This document shows, piece after piece, positions 55,523 through 64,000 of a DNA stretch of 64,000 bases (within the stretch, counting starts at the first letter, position 1; each line of letters opens with the position of its first letter). Location of the stretch: positions 342,264 to 406,263 of the forward strand of contig CBDFLD010000016.1 of the NCBI GenBank assembly GCA_965249005.1, read 5' to 3'. The notes under the pieces were generated by a model. It saw nothing but the letters and a program-made list of their open reading frames with translations. It searched no databases and had not been told where the DNA came from. This DNA comes from Acidobacteriota bacterium (lineage in GTDB: Bacteria; Acidobacteriota; UBA6911). The translations under genes were made by a program, and so were the position numbers.

Positions 55523-57508
55523 CTACTCCCGCTTGGCGTTTTTCATCGGCACATGGATGAGCGCGTACATCAAAATGAAGAAAATCACAATCCCCAACCA
55601 GGGCGAATTGAACGGCGACAGCGCGCCCAGAGTGAACGTGCTTTCGGACAAGTTCAAACCCAGAACCACGAAAGCGAGCACGACGGCCATCAGGGACTCT
55701 CCGGCTATGAGCCCGGACGCAACGAGCACACCGGCATTGTCGGCCCTGGTTGTCTCAGCTTCGTTCAGCTTCGCTTTCTTCATCCGGTTGGTCACGATGG
55801 CCTTGATGATACCACCGACGAAAATAGCCGCAGTGGAATGAAACGGAAGGTACATCCCGACCGCGATCAACATTGGTGACGGGGAATTGATCAAGATGAG
55901 GCCCACGGCGAGAAAGATCCCTACAACAACCAAAGGCCAGGCCATTTCGCCACCCACTATTCCCTTGGACATCAATGCCATGAGCCCTGCCTGTGGAGCG
56001 GGCAGGGCCTCACTCCCGATCTTGTATACGGAATCCATGACGCCGATAAAGACCATCATGACCAGGCCGGCAATGACAACGCCGATCAGTTCCCCGACCT
56101 GCATGCGCCACGGCGTTCCTCCCAAAATGTGACCGACTTTTAGATCCTGTGTCATGTCTCCAGCAATGGCCGCCGCGCAGCAGATCACGCCTGCCACCGC
56201 AAGTACGGCCGCCACACCTTTCGGGCCCGTCACCCCGATCCCGACCATGAGAAGCGCCGAGATCAAGAGCGTGCTCAAAGTCAGCCCGCTGATCGGATTG
56301 TTGGAGCTACCGATCAGTCCGACCAGATACCCGGCCACCGCCGAGAAAAGAAACCCGATCACCAGCAGCACGACGGTGAGGAGAACCGAGCCCAAAAAGG
56401 AACCGCTGAAGAACTGATAGAGCAGAAATTGTGGAATCGCCAGGATCGCGATTGCCAGGATGATCTTCTTGAAATCCAGGTCTACGTCCAACCGGGAAAC
56501 GGGGCCCGCATGCGCTTTAAGCTTCTGCAGATCCTTGAGAGCCTTGCCGATCCCCTGAAAAAGCGAGTTTCGAAGGCCGTAGAGAGTATGGAATGCTGCC
56601 ACGATCATGGTCCCCACCGCCAACGGCCTTATCTGATTTCTCCAGACCGATCCGCTGATCTCCTTCCATCCACCCTCGGGACCGACAAGGTCCTTGAGAG
56701 AAGGATCCAAAAAAAGTGCGAGTGGAACGAGTAGCAAGTGACCCATTACAGCCCCTGCAAACAGCACGGACGCTATGCGAAACCCGACGATGTATCCCAC
56801 CCCAACCAAGGCCGGCGAGGCTGCCGGAGTTTCCAGTAGTATCCCTCCCGAAAAAACCTTGTCTACATCCAGAATCTTGATTTTCGATTGAGCAAAGTTG
56901 AAGAAACGGTTCGCGTAGTCCTGGACAATGTGGATCCCGTTGCTGTTTTTGAAGAACTCGATTGCACCAGCCAGAGCCATGGCTCCAAAAACGTAGCCGG
57001 CTCCGCCGGTACCCTCTTGCCCGGCCTTTACAATCTCGCCGGTGGCGACGCTCTCGGGAAAGGGTAACTCTGCCTCCTCGACCATTGTCCGTCTTAGGAG
57101 AATCACGAAAAGGACCCCCAGCACGCCGCCGATCAGCATGATGGCGGCGCCTTGGAGCAAATAACGCGGTTCAAGCAGGGAACTCCACAAAGGCTCGCCG
57201 TCGAATTGCACGAGCACGAAGGCGGGGATCGTGAATATGGCGCCGGCGACGAGGGCTTCCCCAACGGACGCTGTTGTTCGCGCAATATTCTCTTCGAGAA
57301 CGGTCCCTTTAAATACCCGAAGCACTGCCATCGCGACGACAGCAGCAGGAAACGTAGCCGCGACGGTCAGGCCCGCTTTCATCCCAAGGTAGGCATTTGC
57401 GGCACCAAGAACTACAGCCATCAGAACGCCAATCACAACCGCGCGAACCGTCAGTTCCTTCATTTTTGTCTCGGCCGGCACGTAGGGCTTGAATTCAGAC
57501 TTGTTCAT
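55523..57508 (-). CDS. OPT-family oligopeptide transporter
   Basis: 661 aa with about 16 transmembrane helices. The N-terminus reads ...FKPYVPAETKMKELTVRAVVIGVLMAVVLGAANAYLGMKAGLTV. Confidence 0.8.
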   Translation of the reverse strand: MNKSEFKPYVPAETKMKELTVRAVVIGVLMAVVLGAANAYLGMKAGLTVAATFPAAVVAMAVLRVFKGTVLEENIARTTASVGEALVAGAIFTIPAFVLVQFDGEPLWSSLLEPRYLLQGAAIMLIGGVLGVLFVILLRRTMVEEAELPFPESVATGEIVKAGQEGTGGAGYVFGAMALAGAIEFFKNSNGIHIVQDYANRFFNFAQSKIKILDVDKVFSGGILLETPAASPALVGVGYIVGFRIASVLFAGAVMGHLLLVPLALFLDPSLKDLVGPEGGWKEISGSVWRNQIRPLAVGTMIVAAFHTLYGLRNSLFQGIGKALKDLQKLKAHAGPVSRLDVDLDFKKIILAIAILAIPQFLLYQFFSGSFLGSVLLTVVLLVIGFLFSAVAGYLVGLIGSSNNPISGLTLSTLLISALLMVGIGVTGPKGVAAVLAVAGVICCAAAIAGDMTQDLKVGHILGGTPWRMQVGELIGVVIAGLVMMVFIGVMDSVYKIGSEALPAPQAGLMALMSKGIVGGEMAWPLVVVGIFLAVGLILINSPSPMLIAVGMYLPFHSTAAIFVGGIIKAIVTNRMKKAKLNEAETTRADNAGVLVASGLIAGESLMAVVLAFVVLGLNLSESTFTLGALSPFNSPWLGIVIFFILMYALIHVPMKNAKRE

Positions 57509-57916
57509 TGTTCTGTGTCCCCCTGGCCAAGGCCCACGAGATTGCTCATCTGGAAGGGCCTGGCCCGAAGCGGCTGGATCGAGTCCTTGTTCATCTAACC
57601 AGATTCGTATCGCCGCCAGATCCGCGTCTTTTTGATCGGGCTATCGATTCAATCAAAAGAAGATACTACTAACGGTGCCTCTCCGCAAGTGCAAACGGAC
57701 ATGTAACTTCCGGCCCCTTTGGCGCCATGACAGCAACCGGATAAAAGCCGGCGCTGCCCCGCCGGTGGATCGAAGGATCTACACAAAGTCAGTTTGGAGG
57801 CTCGAACCGTTGCTCCACAAAGAAGATAACGTAACGCTAATTTTATCCATACTTTAACGGAACTCCCAGACGCCAGCTGAGACACGAAAAAATTCCGCAT
57901 TATCCGAGCGCCTTAT

Positions 57917-57945
57917 TTGACATAGTCACACTAAGATTTTATTAT
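57917..57945 (+). promoter_or_regulatory. sigma70-like promoter upstream of hsp20 (TTGACA-N17-TATTAT)
   Basis: Exact -35 TTGACA (57917-57922), a 17-nt spacer, and TATTAT (57940-57945), in an AT-rich intergenic region about 140 nt upstream of the hsp20 ATG. Confidence 0.5.
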
Positions 57946-58088
57946 ATTGTTGTACTGAGATTCATGATTCAACTCGTAAATAGTTGCAAATAGATGAGAT
58001 AAATATCAGTTTCATTTACCGGATTGAGGCAATGGAGCACCGAAATCAGCGGATTACCCCAAAAAGACAAAAAACGGAGGACAAACCA

Positions 58089-58544
58089 ATGAGATGGCTA
58101 CCAACAGTTAGGAGAACTGAAGGATTACCCGACCGATTCTGGCCGGAGTCTTCCCTTCTGGATGATTTCTTCGGCGATTTTGCTTTCGCGCCTGCTCTTT
58201 CGCAAACAGCGAGGAACTTTCGCCCGACGGTCGATATATTTGAAAAGGAGGGAAACCTCGTTCTCAGCGTAGAGCTGCCGGGAATAAGCGAAAAGGAGAT
58301 CGACCTCAGCCTGGACGGAAACGTTCTGAACATCCGAGGGGGGCGTGAGTACGAAAACAAGGAGGATTCCAAGACCTACCACAGGCAGGAGTCGTTCCAT
58401 GGAAGATTCAACCGGTCCTTTGCCTTGCCGCAAACGATTGATCCTGAGGGGATAACGGCTGATTACAAGAACGGTGTCCTCACGATCACGATCCCGCACA
58501 AGCCTGAAGCCAAGCCCCGCGAGATTCCGGTAAGTGTACACTGA
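58089..58544 (+). CDS. Hsp20/alpha-crystallin-family small heat-shock protein
   Basis: The alpha-crystallin domain is PTVDIFEKEGNLVLSVELPGISEKEIDLSLDGNVLNIRG...GRFNRSFALP...ITADYKNGVLTITIPH. The RBS is ggagga. Confidence 0.9.
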   Translation: MRWLPTVRRTEGLPDRFWPESSLLDDFFGDFAFAPALSQTARNFRPTVDIFEKEGNLVLSVELPGISEKEIDLSLDGNVLNIRGGREYENKEDSKTYHRQESFHGRFNRSFALPQTIDPEGITADYKNGVLTITIPHKPEAKPREIPVSVH

Positions 58545-58563
58545 CCCAGACTGCATCCACAAA

Positions 58564-58588
58564 GAGGCGCGAGCCCCGGGGCGGCTCG
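58564..58588 (+). terminator. GC-rich hairpin after hsp20 (gcgcgagcc-ccgg-ggctcgcgc)
   Basis: A 9-bp perfect stem is visible. It lacks a clear T-tract, so it is at best a weak intrinsic terminator or attenuator. Confidence 0.3.
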
Positions 58589-58638
58589 CGCCAACTCTGA
58601 ACCAATGGGTTCATCTTTTTAGAAGATAAGAGACGAAA

Positions 58639-61260
58639 ATGCGACTCGATAAGTTGACCTTGAAGGCACAGGAGGCTGTCCGTGGGGCACAGTCTCGCGC
58701 GGAGACACTCGAACACGCTCAGATGGAGCCGGCGCACGTCCTCGACGAACTTCTCAAACAAGAAGATGGGATTGTCGCCCCGCTGCTGAAGAAGCTCGGG
58801 GCCAGCCCTGAGGCGCTACAAAAGGAGCTCGAAGATCATTTCGCAGGACAACCCACAGTTTCTGGAGCAAGAGTATCGTTTTCCCCCTCCACTGAGAACT
58901 TGCTTCGACAAGCACAAAAGGAAGCCGACGGGTTCAAAGACGAGTACATCTCCACCGAGCATCTCCTGCTGAGCATTTCGAGTCTCAACGCGAGTTTCGC
59001 CGCGCAACTCCTCCGCCGCCATGGAGCCGATCACTCGACGATACTGAAAGTTCTTGCGGCGATTCGAGGCTCCCAGCGCGTTACCGATCCAAACGCCGAG
59101 GATAAGTACCAAGCTCTGAAGCGCTATGCGCACGACCTGACCGAACTTGCACGGCTTGGAAAACTGGACCCAGTTATCGGGAGGGATGAAGAAATCCGGC
59201 GCGTCGTTCAAGTACTTTCCAGAAGAACCAAAAACAATCCGGTTCTGATCGGAGAACCAGGAGTAGGGAAAACCGCAATCGTCGAAGGATTGGCCCGAAG
59301 AATTGTCGCAGGTGACGTACCGGAATCCCTGAAGAAAAAAAAGATGGTCTCCTTGGACCTCGGATCCATGCTCGCGGGCGCCAAGTATCGGGGAGAATTC
59401 GAGGACCGACTCAAAGCCGTACTGAGAGAGATCGAGGATGCCACTGGCTCGGTGGTGTTGTTTATCGATGAGCTGCACACGCTGGTCGGTGCCGGAGCCG
59501 CCGAGGGTGCCATCGACGCTTCGAATATGCTCAAACCGGCCCTCGCCCGGGGAGAGCTTCGATGTGTTGGAGCGACAACACTGAACGAATACAAGAAGTA
59601 CATCGAGAAGGACGCGGCCTTGGAGCGCCGTTTTCAGCCGGTCCTTGTCGCCGAGCCCAGTGTCGATGACACGATTGCAATCCTGCGTGGCCTGAAAGAA
59701 AAGTACGAGGTCCATCACGGCGTCCGCATTACCGACGGCGCGCTAATCGCAGCCGCAACTCTGTCGCAACGGTACATATCGGATCGGTTCCTGCCAGACA
59801 AGGCCGTCGACCTGATAGACGAATCGGCATCCGGACTTCGAATCGAAATCGACAGTATGCCGGTGGAAATCGACGAAGTCGAAAGGCGCGTGACGCAGCT
59901 CGAGATCGAGAAGCAAGCCCTCTCCAAGGAGAAGGGCCCTTCGTCCAGGGAGCGCTTGGAGACGCTTCAGACGGAACTAAGCGGCCTACGTGAGAAGAGC
60001 GCGCAAATGAAGCTCCATTGGCAGCAGGAACGGGAAGTGATTCACTCGATCCAGACAATCAAGGAACACGTAGAGTCGGTCAGGACCGAAGAGCAGCAAG
60101 CGGAGCGCCAGGGGGACCTGGGAAGAGCTGCGGAACTGCGCTATGGAACCTTGGTTGAGCTCGAGCGGCGCATTCTATCTGAGAATGATCGTCTTTCAGA
60201 GCTGCAGGCGGGCAAGAAGATGTTGAAGGAGGAAGTGGACGAGGAGGATATTGCCGGAGTCGTGGCGAAGTGGACCGGCATCCCGGTCAACAAGATGCTG
60301 GAAGGGGAGATCGACAAACTCGTGCATATGGAGGATCGTCTTCGTCGGCGTGTGCTGGGCCAAGATGGAGCGCTGGAGGCCGTGGCGAACGCGATCCGGC
60401 GCGCGCGAGCCGGGCTGCAGGATATGAGCCAGCCCACTGGCTCTTTCATCTTTCTCGGCCCCACCGGGGTTGGCAAGACAGAACTGGCTCGAGTACTCGC
60501 TGAGTTTCTATTTGATGATGATCGTGCCATGGTTCGCATCGATATGTCTGAGTTCATGGAAAAACACTCCGTCGCACGCATGATCGGCGCACCCCCTGGA
60601 TATGTGGGGCATGAGGAGGGCGGCCAGTTGACGGAGGCCGTTCGCCGGAGACCCTACGCTGTTATTCTGCTCGACGAAATCGAAAAGGCCCATCCGGATG
60701 TGTTCAACGTCCTGCTGCAGGTACTCGACGACGGCCGGCTCACCGATGGAAAGGGCAGAACCGTCGATTTCAAGAACACCGTGATTATCATGACGTCCAA
60801 CATCGGGAGCGAATGGATCAGCGAGACGTCCGAGGATCTGGATGCCGCAATGCCGCAAGTTCAAGAGAGTCTTCGAGGGACCTTCGGGCCCGAGTTCCTC
60901 AATCGTGTGGATGATGTGATTGTTTTTCACCGGCTGACACCGGAGTTGCTGCAAGGAATCGTACGGTTGCAGGTCGAGGCACTCGAACAGATCCTTGCCC
61001 AGAAATCCCTGAAGCTAACCGTCTCCGATCGTGCAGTGGAGCAGCTCGCACAAGAGGGGTTCGACCCGGTGTACGGAGCTCGTCCACTGAAGAGACTCAT
61101 ACAAAAGAAGATACAGGATGGACTCGCTCTGATGCTGCTCAATGGGGAAATCGGACCCGGGGACACCGTCAGGGCGGACTTCGAGTTACCGCCCGGCAAC
61201 TGGCAGCTTAGCCGCGTGGAGACCGGCGAGACCGAGACTGTTCCCTCAGCCTCGCTCTGA
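58639..61260 (+). CDS. clpB: ATP-dependent chaperone ClpB
   Basis: 873 aa with two AAA+ modules (GEPGVGKT and GPTGVGKT), a middle coiled-coil, and the N-terminus [13 protein letters not shown]. Confidence 0.95.
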   Translation: MRLDKLTLKAQEAVRGAQSRAETLEHAQMEPAHVLDELLKQEDGIVAPLLKKLGASPEALQKELEDHFAGQPTVSGARVSFSPSTENLLRQAQKEADGFKDEYISTEHLLLSISSLNASFAAQLLRRHGADHSTILKVLAAIRGSQRVTDPNAEDKYQALKRYAHDLTELARLGKLDPVIGRDEEIRRVVQVLSRRTKNNPVLIGEPGVGKTAIVEGLARRIVAGDVPESLKKKKMVSLDLGSMLAGAKYRGEFEDRLKAVLREIEDATGSVVLFIDELHTLVGAGAAEGAIDASNMLKPALARGELRCVGATTLNEYKKYIEKDAALERRFQPVLVAEPSVDDTIAILRGLKEKYEVHHGVRITDGALIAAATLSQRYISDRFLPDKAVDLIDESASGLRIEIDSMPVEIDEVERRVTQLEIEKQALSKEKGPSSRERLETLQTELSGLREKSAQMKLHWQQEREVIHSIQTIKEHVESVRTEEQQAERQGDLGRAAELRYGTLVELERRILSENDRLSELQAGKKMLKEEVDEEDIAGVVAKWTGIPVNKMLEGEIDKLVHMEDRLRRRVLGQDGALEAVANAIRRARAGLQDMSQPTGSFIFLGPTGVGKTELARVLAEFLFDDDRAMVRIDMSEFMEKHSVARMIGAPPGYVGHEEGGQLTEAVRRRPYAVILLDEIEKAHPDVFNVLLQVLDDGRLTDGKGRTVDFKNTVIIMTSNIGSEWISETSEDLDAAMPQVQESLRGTFGPEFLNRVDDVIVFHRLTPELLQGIVRLQVEALEQILAQKSLKLTVSDRAVEQLAQEGFDPVYGARPLKRLIQKKIQDGLALMLLNGEIGPGDTVRADFELPPGNWQLSRVETGETETVPSASL

Positions 61261-61449
61261 TCGGCGGCGGCTGTCAACCATCTGTTTCCATTGTCACCCT
61301 GGCTTCGATGGGTTCGAGCTCGCCGCCTTTGCTTGTCGTAGTTGGGTTGCGGCAGTACTATATCGGTTCAACCGAGAATCCGGGAGGCGGACGGCTGCCG
61401 AGGACATCCAGACAGCTTTCTTGCCCGAACGAAACGTTGGGTGGGCCAG

Positions 61450-62070
61450 ATGACACAGAAAGACAGCGAATCCAGAGAAACTCAGGCGAGTAGTCACGCT
61501 TCTGAAGATACCGAAGGGCAGTTTCGCGTCGTGGACAAACGCCAATTCCTGAATTCCGAATCGGACTCCGATGACCAGCAGGTCCTCGAAGAACCTCGTT
61601 ATCCTACGTTCGTTGAGGAGCTTCGGGCTCGGCTCGCAGAAACCGAGCGGAAATTCGAGGAGAAAAAAAAGCAAATGCAGGACGAGATCGAGAAGACCAA
61701 GTCACGTCTCAGTGCCGAATTCGAGCGCCGCTTCGCAAAGGAAAAACAGGAAGCCCTGCTTCCCTTTCTGGAGATCCTCGACAATCTGGAACGAGCCTTG
61801 GACGTTGCAAAGAACGATAGTTCCAAGGGACTGGTGGAAGGCATCGAGATGACGGCAAATCTCTTCCGGGCGAAACTGCAACAGAACGAGATCGAGTCTA
61901 TTGCCGTTCTCGATCAGCCGTTTGATCCCAACCTGGCGACGGCGGTCGGTATCGTCGAGGTAGAGGACACAAACCGCGACGGCATCGTCCTGGAAGAAGT
62001 ACAGCGGGGCTATCTGATGGGGTCCCAGCTCATGCGGGCCGCCCAAGTCCGTGTAGGAAAACTGGTCTAG
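61450..62070 (+). CDS. grpE: nucleotide exchange factor GrpE
   Basis: A coiled-coil N-terminus is followed by ...LDNLERAL...FDPNLATAVGIVE...GYLMGSQLMRAAQV, the GrpE C-terminal beta-domain. Confidence 0.85.
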   Translation: MTQKDSESRETQASSHASEDTEGQFRVVDKRQFLNSESDSDDQQVLEEPRYPTFVEELRARLAETERKFEEKKKQMQDEIEKTKSRLSAEFERRFAKEKQEALLPFLEILDNLERALDVAKNDSSKGLVEGIEMTANLFRAKLQQNEIESIAVLDQPFDPNLATAVGIVEVEDTNRDGIVLEEVQRGYLMGSQLMRAAQVRVGKLV

Positions 62071-62113
62071 AACGTGGATATCGCCGGCACGCTCCCGTTG
62101 CATCCCCCGCGAG

Positions 62114-63271
62114 CTATTTCTTTATGACAAAGACTTTGTCGTTCCAATAAACGATAACCCCCGCAACAGGGGGCCGCAACTCGTCAATGCGAGGAAACTG
62201 CTCTAGGATCTTTCCGTATTCGGAACTCTGAGTGTCGATCGAGTGGAACTGGTCGCCCCTGCTGCCGGCACATCGCTCATCAATCCAATAACCCAGCAAA
62301 TGATGAAACGGACGTCCATTCAGGACCACAGGGGTTGGCACAGATGATGCCGACGCCACACGTCGCTTCATGGACTGAACTTGTTTCTGAGCGACCGCCT
62401 CCTGCGTGCGACTCTCCATCAACCGGCGGTCCAGTTCAGCCACCACAGCGCTCGGCGAAACAAAGGAACCGGCGGTGGCGGCTGATGGCATCGCGGCCGG
62501 TTCGGCTGTTATTCTGGCGGGCCGTCTCTGTCCCTCGAACGTTGCCGTCTTTTCTTCAACAGATGCTCCTCGGTCTTCGTCGGCCACAGCGGTCGGCTCG
62601 GCGGCCGGCCTTGCAGCCGTCACATCCCTGCGTTCCGTCGGCGCGCGATAGTGTTCTTCCTCGACGGAATCTGTGAGGGACAGGGACCGCTCGTCGTTCG
62701 GGAAAGTGTTCTCCTCAGGCGCGAGCGCGCCTTGTTCCCGAAGGAAAGCCTGTTGATCCCTCTCCGGGTCTTTCGACCGCACGCTCTTGTCAATCCGGGC
62801 AGCCGACCGCATCTCGGACTCGAGTTTCCTCTTCGGGGAAATATCGGACGATTGGCGTGCCGCCGCCTCCGTTGACTCTTTGGCCTCCTCGGGTTGCACA
62901 GGTCCGGGCGGAAGAGACTCCCTCAGCCGGGGAACGATGAGACCGAGTATCACTGCGGCTACGAAGAGGCTCGCGGCCAGCGAAAGAGTTGTTCGTGAAG
63001 GAACCCAGCGGGAGATCGAGACGGGGGATTCGCGCTCGGACGCCCGGACGCTGTCGTCGGTTTGCAGAGAAGCGTGCAGCACCTGCTGGCAATCGGCGCA
63101 GCGAGACAGATGCTTCTCCACCGGAGTGCGCTCGGCCTGCGAAAGTCCGTTGTCCAGATACGCGGCCATTGTATCGTCGTCCGGGCACGCTCCTGTTCCT
63201 CTACGGACGAAAATTCGCAATGCCCCGCGCAATGCACCGTCACTGGCACCTGTGCTTCTCGCTCTCGTCAT
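62114..63271 (-). CDS. anti-sigma factor (zf-HC2 zinc-finger, single transmembrane helix, long Pro/Ala/Glu-rich periplasmic region)
   Basis: CPDDDTMAAYLDNGLSQAERTPVEKHLSRCADCQQ is the zf-HC2 motif. The transmembrane helix is LAASLFVAAVILGLIV. The gene sits directly downstream of an ECF sigma factor gene. Confidence 0.7.
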   Translation of the reverse strand: MTRARSTGASDGALRGALRIFVRRGTGACPDDDTMAAYLDNGLSQAERTPVEKHLSRCADCQQVLHASLQTDDSVRASERESPVSISRWVPSRTTLSLAASLFVAAVILGLIVPRLRESLPPGPVQPEEAKESTEAAARQSSDISPKRKLESEMRSAARIDKSVRSKDPERDQQAFLREQGALAPEENTFPNDERSLSLTDSVEEEHYRAPTERRDVTAARPAAEPTAVADEDRGASVEEKTATFEGQRRPARITAEPAAMPSAATAGSFVSPSAVVAELDRRLMESRTQEAVAQKQVQSMKRRVASASSVPTPVVLNGRPFHHLLGYWIDERCAGSRGDQFHSIDTQSSEYGKILEQFPRIDELRPPVAGVIVYWNDKVFVIKK

Positions 63272-63341
63272 GGCAATCGTTCTTTCAATCGGTCTCCCCT
63301 TCTACAATGACGCGACTCGCGACCGATCTTGCGTCAAAATC

Positions 63342-63998
63342 CTATTCTGCCAGAAGTTTCTCCAGGGAGAGTCGATTCTCCTCGGCTACCCATCTCCAGA
63401 GGGACTGAACCTCCCGGGATCTCAGACCATGCTCGTGCTTCATCGCCCATTCCACGTTCTTGCGAATCCGTTTCCTCAACTGACCCAACCATCGCGAAAC
63501 AGTGGCTTCGTGCACGTTGAAATGGCTCGCAATCACCCTCAACGGTGTCCCGCGGAGGTAGTAAAGCCCCAGGATGAGCCGGTCACGATTCGACAACCCC
63601 GCAAGTTGCACCTGGAGCAAATCGGCCAGGATGGGTCCCCACCGCGAATCCAGTTGATCCAAGCTGTCCTGCACGCTGTCGCGCGCGGCTACGGATACCT
63701 CTTCCAGAGGGAGCTGTTTTCGCGTTCTTCGGAACCGGTCGATCGAAGCCCGCGTAACGGTTACACGTAGCCAACTAGCAAGCGAACCTTTCCCGCTGTA
63801 GCCGGATATCCGGTTCACGCCTTCTTGTGTTCCCGAAAAAAATGCCGCCATGAGCTCTTGCGCCAGATCCTCCGCATCCACGAGGTTCCGAAGTGACGTC
63901 ACAGCCCATCGCCGCACCGGATCGAAATAGGTCTCTGCAAAGGAGTCCCAGGCAAGCCGGTCGCCGTCCGCGCAGGCTGTCGCCAGAAAGAGGTCCAC
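63342..63998 (-). CDS. ECF-type RNA polymerase sigma-70-family factor; the N-terminus may extend past the window end
   Basis: Region 2 is DAEDLAQELMAAFF. The region 4 helix-turn-helix is LSNRDRLILGLYYLRGTPLRVIASHFNVHEATVSRWL. A GTG start candidate lies at 63998, 2 nt from the window edge. Confidence 0.75.
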   Translation of the reverse strand: MDLFLATACADGDRLAWDSFAETYFDPVRRWAVTSLRNLVDAEDLAQELMAAFFSGTQEGVNRISGYSGKGSLASWLRVTVTRASIDRFRRTRKQLPLEEVSVAARDSVQDSLDQLDSRWGPILADLLQVQLAGLSNRDRLILGLYYLRGTPLRVIASHFNVHEATVSRWLGQLRKRIRKNVEWAMKHEHGLRSREVQSLWRWVAEENRLSLEKLLAE

Positions 63999-64000
63999 GT

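Noticed and set aside
54303-55841. A 512-aa plus-strand ORF
   Set aside because: It is antisense to the acyl-CoA synthetase gene, whose AMP-binding motifs are unambiguous. It is Arg/Gly-rich shadow sequence.
57509-57983. The long intergenic region was searched for tRNA or tmRNA genes and for CIRCE
   Set aside because: There is no cloverleaf-compatible sequence, no GGTTCGAATCC-type T-arm and no TTAGCACTC...GAGTGCTAA. It appears to be the promoter and leader of hsp20 only.
62150-62175. A hairpin cccccgcaacaggggg downstream of grpE that looks terminator-like
   Set aside because: It lies inside the C-terminal coding sequence of the convergent anti-sigma factor gene and has no T-tract.
1-64000. 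CRISPR arrays, rRNA and tRNA genes
   Set aside because: No regularly spaced direct repeats and no tRNA- or rRNA-like sequence were recognised by eye. The only tandem repeats are the short coding repeats at 22251 and 24707.

Overview
This is a high-GC (about 60%) bacterial chromosomal window, with gene content and style suggesting an Acidobacteriota-like Gram-negative organism; that is an inference only. It falls into three blocks.

(1) 760-20771, all on the minus strand: a Wzx/Wzy-dependent exopolysaccharide or capsule locus. It encodes a Wzc tyrosine autokinase, a Wza exporter, a Wzx flippase and a Wzy-like polymerase. It also has seven GT4/GT1-type glycosyltransferases, five class I SAM methyltransferases (the most distal a fragment), an SGNH/GDSL hydrolase and a CapK-like adenylate-forming enzyme. 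Its distal end abuts an IS1380-family transposase that runs off the window start.

(2) 21120-37290: an accessory island rich in mobile elements. It contains an IS200/IS605 tnpA element with palindromic hairpin ends. The central feature, at 22891-33013, is an apparently complete class II lasso-peptide biosynthetic gene cluster (BGC) that looks novel. It encodes the B2 leader protease, an Asn-synthetase-like cyclase C, a 59-aa precursor A with a textbook YxxPxLx3Gx5TxG leader and the core GRPGTTRDFGGTSPAFPG, an HPr-kinase-like kinase, a PqqD/RRE B1 protein, an RRE-like/PRMT-like methyltransferase, an NTP_transf_5 nucleotidyltransferase and a McjD-like ABC exporter. The methyltransferase gene is cleanly split by an IS1380-like insertion; removing the insertion and one 6-bp direct repeat restores the reading frame. 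An FGE/SUMF1-domain protein and an IS256-family element follow.

(3) 38214-64000: core housekeeping genes. These are an AMMECR1 protein, pgsA, a tandem universal stress protein, an S2P/CBS protease, a sugar nucleotidyltransferase, uvrC, a secreted beta-propeller protein, a GatB/YqeY protein, an inositol monophosphatase, a LolA-like protein, lspA, ileS, TonB, an acyl-CoA synthetase, an OPT transporter, hsp20-clpB-grpE, and an anti-sigma/ECF-sigma pair.

Many long antisense ORFs in the six-frame track are high-GC shadow ORFs and were rejected.
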